A stretch of DNA of 64,000 nt. Source: Candidatus Parvarchaeum sp. Lineage in GTDB: Archaea > Nanobdellota > Nanobdellia > Parvarchaeales > Parvarchaeaceae. A program made the position numbers and the translations under genes. The notes under the pieces are model-generated. The model saw nothing but the letters and a program-made list of their open reading frames with translations. It had not been told where the DNA came from and made no database searches. The stretch covers positions 83,791-147,790 of the forward strand of contig JBMFWF010000001.1 of assembly GCA_049965555.1 (NCBI GenBank). The letters are read 5' to 3'. Positions 58,048 through 64,000 of this stretch are shown in pieces. The number at the start of each line of letters is the position of its first letter. Position 1 is the stretch's first letter.

Positions 58048-60078
58048 ATGAAAAACGAGATTGATGAAGTTATAGGTTCTTTCGTAAATAAGCGATTAAG
58101 CGATAAAATAAAAGAGGTTCTCACAACGAATAAGAATGCAATAATACTTGACTTCAATGATGTTGACCAGTTCTCCCCTGAATTGGGTGATTATCTGCTG
58201 AAAAACCCAGAAGAAGCGTTGGATACAATAAAATACTTCATAAACGAGACTTCAATTCCACATAAAGATCTAGACATAGAAGTCAGGATAAAAAACCTAC
58301 CTAAGAACGCACAGCTGCTTATAAGGGAGATAAGAAGCAAACACATAGGGCTTTTCATACAGGTACAAGGTTTAATAAAAACCGCAGCTAGTGTGAAACC
58401 AGTTGCCAGCGCAATTGATTTCGAATGCCAGAGCTGCGGACATATAACAAAAGTAGAGCAGAAAGAGATGACCCAAAGGGCGCCATCAGTGTGCACGAAC
58501 TGCGGCAAAAAAGGAAGGTTCAAGGTAGTAAAGAAATACCTCGTCGACACGCAGAGGATAATGCTGGAAGAAGCGCCCGAAGATTTAGAAGGCGGAGAGC
58601 AGCCTGAGCACATAAATGTCGTATTGAAAAAAGACTTGGTGGATCCAAAGTTTGAAAGAAACATAATACCTGGAAACAAGGTTGTCGTCTCCGGCATAAT
58701 AAATGAAAGCGCAATTTATTATCCAAGCGGAAAAAGATCAAACACTTCCGATACATTCATACTCGCATCGTATGTTGAAGCCGTAGAACAAGGATATGAG
58801 GATATAGTAGTCACAAAGGAAGAGGAAATGGCTATCAAAGAACTGGCTAATGACAAGATGATATACACGAAATTCAAAAACTCAATTGCTCCAAACATAT
58901 TCGGGCATGATGACATAAAGGAAGCGATAGTAATGCAGCTTTTCGGAGGGGTTAGGAAAGCTGCTCTTTCCGGAAACAGCGTTATAAGAGGGGATATCCA
59001 CATTTTGCTAGTCGGGGATCCAGGGACTTCAAAGAGTTCTCTTTTGAAATATGTAACAGGGATAGCACCTAAGGCCAGGTATGTCGTAGGTATGGGATCA
59101 AGTGCAGCGGGCTTGACTGCAACCATAATAAAAGATGAGGCCACAAGAAGTTACATACTTGAGGCGGGGGCCCTTCCGCTTACTAATAAGGGATTGCTAA
59201 TGATTGACGAGCTTGATAAGATGAATAAGGACGACAGAGTTGCAATGCATGAGGCGCTTGAACAGCAAAGCATTAGCATATCAAAAGCTAACATACATGC
59301 AACGCTTACAGCACAGACTAGTGTGCTTGCAGCTGCAAATCCAAAGCTTGGGAGATTCAATCCATTCGATGTAATATCTTCACAGATCGAACTTCCGCCG
59401 ACATTGATAAACCGTTTCGACTTGATATTCATATTGAAAGACAGGCCTGACAAAGAAACTGATACATTGATTGCACAAAGAATACTTGAAGCCAACAGGG
59501 ACATAAACAAAAATAAACCTGAAATACCTCCAAACATAATGAAAAAATACATTGCATATGCAAAGCAGAATATAAAACCGAAAATATCTGTGGATGCAAT
59601 GAAGGTAATACAGGACTTCTACTTAAAACTAAGGTCGCAGTATTCAACAGAAGGGGAGGAAGTAAAACCTATACCGATATCTGCAAGGCAGCTTGAAGCC
59701 GTAGTAAGACTAACAGAAGCGAGTGCAAAGGTCAGACTATCGGAGTATGCGACAGTAGAGGATGCAAAGCGTGCAATAGACCTTATGATGGCGTATCTTG
59801 GAGATGTGGGAATAGACAGCAGCACCGGACAGCTTGACATAGACAGGATAACGACCGGCATATCATCATCGCAAAGGAACACGGTCTTAACTGTAAAATC
59901 AATGATAAAAAGCGAGATAGACTCAATGCCGATGGGCAGTTCGGTTCCGATTTCAAAGATCTACGAGGACGCAGAAAAGGCGGGAATAGACCAAGATAAA
60001 GTTGATTCTGCAATATCAGTTCTTAAAAGAGAGGGGGAGATATTTGAACCGAAACCGTCGTTCATAAAACTGCTTTGA
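58048..60078 (+). CDS. mcm: MCM replicative helicase
   Basis: 676 aa; C4 zinc finger (CQSCGH...CTNCG), Walker A GDPGTSKS, Walker B LMIDELDKM, arginine finger SARQLEA; no intein. Confidence 0.92.
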   Translation: MKNEIDEVIGSFVNKRLSDKIKEVLTTNKNAIILDFNDVDQFSPELGDYLLKNPEEALDTIKYFINETSIPHKDLDIEVRIKNLPKNAQLLIREIRSKHIGLFIQVQGLIKTAASVKPVASAIDFECQSCGHITKVEQKEMTQRAPSVCTNCGKKGRFKVVKKYLVDTQRIMLEEAPEDLEGGEQPEHINVVLKKDLVDPKFERNIIPGNKVVVSGIINESAIYYPSGKRSNTSDTFILASYVEAVEQGYEDIVVTKEEEMAIKELANDKMIYTKFKNSIAPNIFGHDDIKEAIVMQLFGGVRKAALSGNSVIRGDIHILLVGDPGTSKSSLLKYVTGIAPKARYVVGMGSSAAGLTATIIKDEATRSYILEAGALPLTNKGLLMIDELDKMNKDDRVAMHEALEQQSISISKANIHATLTAQTSVLAAANPKLGRFNPFDVISSQIELPPTLINRFDLIFILKDRPDKETDTLIAQRILEANRDINKNKPEIPPNIMKKYIAYAKQNIKPKISVDAMKVIQDFYLKLRSQYSTEGEEVKPIPISARQLEAVVRLTEASAKVRLSEYATVEDAKRAIDLMMAYLGDVGIDSSTGQLDIDRITTGISSSQRNTVLTVKSMIKSEIDSMPMGSSVPISKIYEDAEKAGIDQDKVDSAISVLKREGEIFEPKPSFIKLL

Positions 60079-60079
60079 T

Positions 60080-60472
60080 ATGGACTACACTTATTTCATG
60101 CTGCCATTGACCGTTGTAAAGGAGGGGGAAAAGGGGAACGACAGCGGCGGAAGCTTCATAGCCTTTAAATCGGTAAAAATATACAGAATGCATTTAGTTG
60201 GATCAATAGCTGCGATTGAAATAAACCAGGAAACGAAAGGAGGCTACCTAATACTTGACGACACATTTTCCAGCATACTTGTCCATTTCCAAAGCAGCAT
60301 GTTCAGGGACATAGACAAATTCAAGAAAGGCGACCTTGTTGAAGTTCTTGGAGATATAGACACATACAATGACACAGTAACACTTTCGCTCAGCAACATA
60401 AAGCTCATAGACTTAAGCAGGTATTCCTTTAACAAAATAGAAAGCATAAAAAACATGCAGCTCATTAAGTAG
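60080..60472 (+). CDS. hypothetical protein, possibly OB-fold, co-transcribed with mcm
   Basis: 130 aa; starts 2 nt after mcm stop; beta-rich. Confidence 0.3.
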   Translation: MDYTYFMLPLTVVKEGEKGNDSGGSFIAFKSVKIYRMHLVGSIAAIEINQETKGGYLILDDTFSSILVHFQSSMFRDIDKFKKGDLVEVLGDIDTYNDTVTLSLSNIKLIDLSRYSFNKIESIKNMQLIK

Positions 60473-60474
60473 AC

Positions 60475-60876
60475 ATGGAATACGATGAACTTGTAAACAA
60501 CATACTGAAAGAGAAAAAGGAAAACAAGGCCGACAGGTTTAACCCTCCCGAAGTGGAAGTGCAGCAAGTAGGCCAAAAGACTGTGGTCTTTCTTGACAAG
60601 CTTTCAAAGTACATAAACAGGCCGGTAGGCCACATCTCCAAGTTTTTAATGCATGAGCTCACTGCCCCCGGGCAGATAGATGAAAGCGGCAAGGTAACGC
60701 TGGGAGGCAGATTCTCAAGAAAGCTTGTAAATGAAAAGATAACGCAGTACATAAAGGAGTTTGTCATATGCAAGCAGTGCGGTTCACCTGATACACAGAT
60801 GGAGAAAGTCGAAAAGAACTACTTTGTAAAATGTCTCGGCTGCGGAGCTGAATATCCTGTAGGGAGGATCAAGTGA
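60475..60876 (+). CDS. eif2b: translation initiation factor aIF2 beta subunit
   Basis: 133 aa; eIF2B/eIF5 domain with C-terminal C4 zinc ribbon (CKQCGSPDT...CLGCG). Confidence 0.85.
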   Translation: MEYDELVNNILKEKKENKADRFNPPEVEVQQVGQKTVVFLDKLSKYINRPVGHISKFLMHELTAPGQIDESGKVTLGGRFSRKLVNEKITQYIKEFVICKQCGSPDTQMEKVEKNYFVKCLGCGAEYPVGRIK

Positions 60877-61181
60877 TGAGATTTACAGCAAAGATACACG
60901 GAAAGGACACTTCCAGGGAGATAATAGCAGTATGCGATACAGACATACTTGGAAAAACGCTTGTCGATAAGGAGAGAGAGATTGAATTTACTGTGTCGAA
61001 AGATTTCTACGGCAGCGAGGACTTCGAATGGGATGAGATTGCCGACTCAATAAGCAACGGCAGAAACGTAAATCTCGTGGGAAATGAAGTGGTCGAACTT
61101 GCGATAAAAAACAAATTAGTTGATCCAAAAAGTGTGATAGAGATAGAAGGAGTAAAGCATGCGCAGATTTATTCCATATAA
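60873..61181 (+). CDS. conserved archaeal hypothetical protein (DUF424-like), commonly linked to aIF2 beta
   Basis: 102 aa; 4-nt overlap with the aIF2-beta gene. Confidence 0.3.
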   Translation: MMRFTAKIHGKDTSREIIAVCDTDILGKTLVDKEREIEFTVSKDFYGSEDFEWDEIADSISNGRNVNLVGNEVVELAIKNKLVDPKSVIEIEGVKHAQIYSI

Positions 61182-61219
61182 GCAAGCTTTATAACCTACC
61201 TTTACATAATCATATAAAT

Positions 61220-61519
61220 ATGACAGAAGTTCCACGGTTTAGATTCCCTAAGAATGATGAGATGCTTGGTTATGTGACGCAGATGCTTGGATTCGGCAGG
61301 ATGTACGTAAAATGCGCAGATGACAAGATAAGGCTCTGCCAGGTCAAAGGCAGCATAAGCAGGTATCTTTGGATAAACGAGGGAGACATAGTTCTTATCA
61401 AACCTTGGCAGATAGAGCATGACAAAAAGGCAGACATCCTTTACAAATACAATAAAAACGACTGGGATTCGCTGAAAGCAAAAGGCTTTCTTAAGGACAA
61501 CCTTCTAAACGGAAATTAA
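61220..61519 (+). CDS. eif1a: translation initiation factor aIF1A
   Basis: 99 aa; S1-like OB fold: GYVTQMLGFGRMYVKCADDKIRLCQVKGSISRYLWINEGDIVLIKPW. Confidence 0.85.
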   Translation: MTEVPRFRFPKNDEMLGYVTQMLGFGRMYVKCADDKIRLCQVKGSISRYLWINEGDIVLIKPWQIEHDKKADILYKYNKNDWDSLKAKGFLKDNLLNGN

Positions 61520-61950
61520 GCCCTTGTATTTGAAATTAAAGAGGAAAAGAAATCGTTTCCAGTGTTTAAGGATTGAAAGGCAGAAGAATAACTTTCATAG
61601 TAAACACTTGCCTGCAATTCTTCATTGACAGAAAAGCACCTGTAAGGAAAATCAAATGAGTAGTAACCCTCTCCTCCTCTTATCTCTAAGTTACTGTTCA
61701 AAAGGCTGTGCTGAACATTGCCTACAGTCAAAATTACATTTGTGATGTTGGCCGGCTGCTCAATATCTTTATATACATTTATAACAGTTCCAGAAGAAGT
61801 GCATGAAAAGCCTGAAACCGTTATGCTTTGGGTATGAAATGATATTATGCCGCTTTCAACCAGCACTAAGAAAAGGACAAAGCCGATGAATATCATGAAC
61901 AGAAGGAAGAATGAAAATATGTATACATTTTTCCTTGCTGCTGCTTTCAT
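61516..61950 (-). CDS. membrane-anchored protein, function unknown
   Basis: 144 aa; one N-terminal TM helix, Ser-rich ectodomain. Confidence 0.35.
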   Translation of the reverse strand: MKAAARKNVYIFSFFLLFMIFIGFVLFLVLVESGIISFHTQSITVSGFSCTSSGTVINVYKDIEQPANITNVILTVGNVQHSLLNSNLEIRGGEGYYSFDFPYRCFSVNEELQASVYYESYSSAFQSLNTGNDFFSSLISNTRA

Positions 61951-61997
61951 TAAAAGACTATTCCTTTAATAAATAAAAACATGACCTTAATAGATAA

Positions 61998-62744
61998 TTA
62001 TACTTTCTGGGCTATTTCCTTTACTTCATCTTCTAGAATTGAAACTGCTTCATCTAGTATTTCTTTTATGCTCAGCTGGCCCCAGCTTTCGATTTCAAAT
62101 ATTATCTTGCTTTTTTCCGATGCTACACTTATCACATCAGATCCTGCGTAGTCTTCGCATGCTTTACATAGAATGCATTCACTGAGCTTCCCCTTCTTAA
62201 CAGACAAGGAGTCCTTCTCTCCGTCAAGAATATTGACTGGACACAATGAAGCTATCTTTGCTGCACCCTTTACTTTGCTGTTAGGTATCGTTATCTTTGG
62301 ATAAAAATGGTAGAAAACGTGGGCAGGCGTGAACTTTGAATGCTCTGCTCCGTTGCCCCAGGCTGTTTCGGCCTCTAGATCTATTGCCTCTCCTTCTTTT
62401 AAGTTTATTATCAGCATTTCAGGTATCGCGGGCACAACGTCCTTGTCAGAAGGCACTAAATCGGAAGCATGTACTGCCTTCGGCCCAATTTCCTTCAGCT
62501 TAAAACTGAACTTTCCCTTGCCCTTCAATTCAATCGGCGTTTTAAGAGGTATTAAACCAAGCCTTGAAGCCAGTATCTCATCATACATGAAGCTTGTATT
62601 CTTGTATATAGTTACGTCTTCTATCGCAAGCGTGTTCACGCCGTTTATTATTGAACGACGTATTGCATTCGCAAGCGAGACCTTTGCATCCTCAAGCAAT
62701 ATCCTTGCAGTATTTTCCTTGTTTTCTAACAGCTCTGCTTTCAT
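61998..62744 (-). CDS. rpoD: DNA-directed RNA polymerase subunit D (Rpo3)
   Basis: 248 aa; Rpb3/RpoA-like dimerisation domain with 4Fe-4S Cys cluster (CPVNILDG...CILCKACEDY); follows rps11. Confidence 0.9.
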   Translation of the reverse strand: MKAELLENKENTARILLEDAKVSLANAIRRSIINGVNTLAIEDVTIYKNTSFMYDEILASRLGLIPLKTPIELKGKGKFSFKLKEIGPKAVHASDLVPSDKDVVPAIPEMLIINLKEGEAIDLEAETAWGNGAEHSKFTPAHVFYHFYPKITIPNSKVKGAAKIASLCPVNILDGEKDSLSVKKGKLSECILCKACEDYAGSDVISVASEKSKIIFEIESWGQLSIKEILDEAVSILEDEVKEIAQKV

Positions 62745-62746
62745 AT

Positions 62747-63136
62747 TTACATCCTTCTTCCTTTCCTTCCGCCCTTTCTTTTGCAGCCGTCATGCGGCAC
62801 CGGCGTTACATTCTCTATGTTTAAAATGTTTATACCGCTCCTTTCCAATGCTTTTATGGCTGGCCTTGCACCCGGCCCGGTGGTCTTCGAGCCTATTCCG
62901 CCTACAGCTCTTACCTTAACGTAAACGTCCCTTATTCCCTTTGCCGTTATCTCTTCAGCGACCTTTTTCGCCGCATCCATTGCAGCTCTTGGAGAAGAGC
63001 CTAGCCTGTCTGCTTTGACCTGCGATCCGCCGCTTTTTATTGAAAATGTGTACGCATTGCTTAAATCTGTGACATGTATTATCGTGTTGTTCATCGTAGC
63101 ATAAATATGCGCTATCCCCACTTTTTCTCTTTCCAT
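62747..63136 (-). CDS. rps11: ribosomal protein S11 (uS11)
   Basis: 129 aa; GIAHIYATMNNTIIHVTD...GGRKGRR. Confidence 0.9.
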   Translation of the reverse strand: MEREKVGIAHIYATMNNTIIHVTDLSNAYTFSIKSGGSQVKADRLGSSPRAAMDAAKKVAEEITAKGIRDVYVKVRAVGGIGSKTTGPGARPAIKALERSGINILNIENVTPVPHDGCKRKGGRKGRRM

Positions 63137-63142
63137 AAATTA

Positions 63143-63673
63143 TTAATGTTTTTCCTCCTTTTTAGCCCTTACTGGATGCGTCGGCGATGACAGAGGAGAG
63201 GTCTCTGCAAAGTCTATCTTGTCCTCCTCGTCTTTCTTTACCATGTAAGAAGGGCTGTCTATTATCTTTCCGTCTACAATTATATGCCGGTGTGTTATTA
63301 TCTGCCTGGCCTCCTTTATGCTCCTTGCCATTTCCTTTTTAAGGACAAAGGTTTGAAGCCTGCGGTCCATCAAATCCTCTAGGTTTAATTCTAAAACATC
63401 ATCTACTGTAGCATTACTGCTTACCAACCCTCTTTTACTTAAGGTAGCTATAAATTCTTTTTCCTCCTCTTGACCTAAATTCAAAGCCTTCAAACCTACA
63501 AGCTCCCTTGCTCTAAGCCTTATATTTCTAAGCTGCGATTCTACTTTCCAGAGCTCTTTCTTGTTCTTAAAGCCGTACTTGTTTCTTAACACTTTGTCTC
63601 TCTCTATCCTGGGCTTGTCCCATATTCTCAGTGGAGATCTGTACTTCTTTGACGGCCTTTTTGCTGTTCCCAT
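63143..63673 (-). CDS. rps4: ribosomal protein S4 (uS4)
   Basis: 176 aa; S4 domain HRHIIVDGKIIDSPSYMV. Confidence 0.9.
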   Translation of the reverse strand: MGTAKRPSKKYRSPLRIWDKPRIERDKVLRNKYGFKNKKELWKVESQLRNIRLRARELVGLKALNLGQEEEKEFIATLSKRGLVSSNATVDDVLELNLEDLMDRRLQTFVLKKEMARSIKEARQIITHRHIIVDGKIIDSPSYMVKKDEEDKIDFAETSPLSSPTHPVRAKKEEKH

Positions 63674-63675
63674 AA

Positions 63676-64000
63676 TTACTTCTTGTTAGCTCCAGCCTGC
63701 GGCTGCTCTTTCTTCTTTATAACACCCAATGAGCTGCCAACCCTTCCGTGGAAGTTTGCACCTCTTGACCTTACCTTCTGGCCCCTCATTTTATAGTTAA
63801 AGGAATGCCTGTAACCGCGGTATGACCTGCTCGTCTTTATCTTCTGTATCTGTAAAGTTGTCTTTGATCTCAATTCATTGCTTAAAACGTGATAATCCAA
63901 ACCTGTTTCCTCGTCCCTTCTCCAGTTGAAAAGCCAGTGCGGTATTTTGTATTTAAAGGGATTTGATAATGCTTCCTTCAATTCATTCAATTGCTTCTCG
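63676..64000 (-). CDS. rps13: ribosomal protein S13 (uS13), 5' end beyond window
   Basis: Reading frame stays open to nt 64000 (track start at 63990 is a TTG); C-terminal RGYRHSF...RGQKVRSRG...GVIKKK matches uS13. Confidence 0.85.
   Translation of the reverse strand, partial: EKQLNELKEALSNPFKYKIPHWLFNWRRDEETGLDYHVLSNELRSKTTLQIQKIKTSRSYRGYRHSFNYKMRGQKVRSRGANFHGRVGSSLGVIKKKEQPQAGANKK

Noticed and set aside
1-64000. Search for CRISPR arrays, transposases, integrases, toxin-antitoxin pairs or defence islands
   Set aside because: No regularly spaced direct repeats, no DDE/serine/tyrosine recombinase-like ORFs, no recognisable nuclease/ATPase defence pairs were seen. The window is core chromosome, not a mobile island.

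Overview
This 64 kb window is low-GC (~35%) archaeal chromosomal DNA, densely packed with core information-processing genes on both strands. They cover ribosomal proteins (S13/S4/S11-RpoD, L13-S9, L7Ae-S28e-L24e, S19e-PDCD5-L39e-L31e-prefoldin-FtsY, S17e, L10e, S10), ProRS/LeuRS/GluRS, RFC small and large-like subunits, MCM, Topo VI A/B, Elp3, aIF2-beta, aIF1A, pelota, an archaeal histone, Rpp21 and PEP synthase.

Reading the intergenic space by eye gives six tRNAs: Thr-GGU, Arg-CCU, Ala-CGC, Glu-CUC, an intron-containing Ser-GCU and an intron-containing Tyr-GUA with the archaeal C1:G72 pair. It also gives two structured RNAs the ORF track does not explain: an RNase P RNA (minus strand, ~13.68-13.98 kb) and an SRP/7S RNA (minus strand, ~44.42-44.69 kb), both covered only by spurious ORFs. 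Two sub-60-aa ribosomal genes, L39e and L24e, and a 41-aa hyper-acidic ORF with a strong Shine-Dalgarno are also unannotated.

No CRISPR array, transposase, integrase or obvious defence island is visible. I could not single out one novel system. The candidates for a second look are: a compact operon coupling a Ser/Asn-rich CPFC membrane glycoprotein, a disordered wHTH protein and a KaiC-like ATPase directly to rfcS and a motif-degenerate rfcL; a WH-less Orc1/Cdc6 fragment next to a presenilin-like GxGD protease; a PadR regulator co-transcribed with a (Gly-Cys)n/Met-rich peptide; large N-glycosylation-sequon-rich surface proteins, one with internally duplicated DUF2341-like repeats and a LamG-like end and one with a class III pilin-like signal; a tandem pair of small paralogues; and a VKOR homologue.

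Everything rests on motif recognition by eye, with no searches run.
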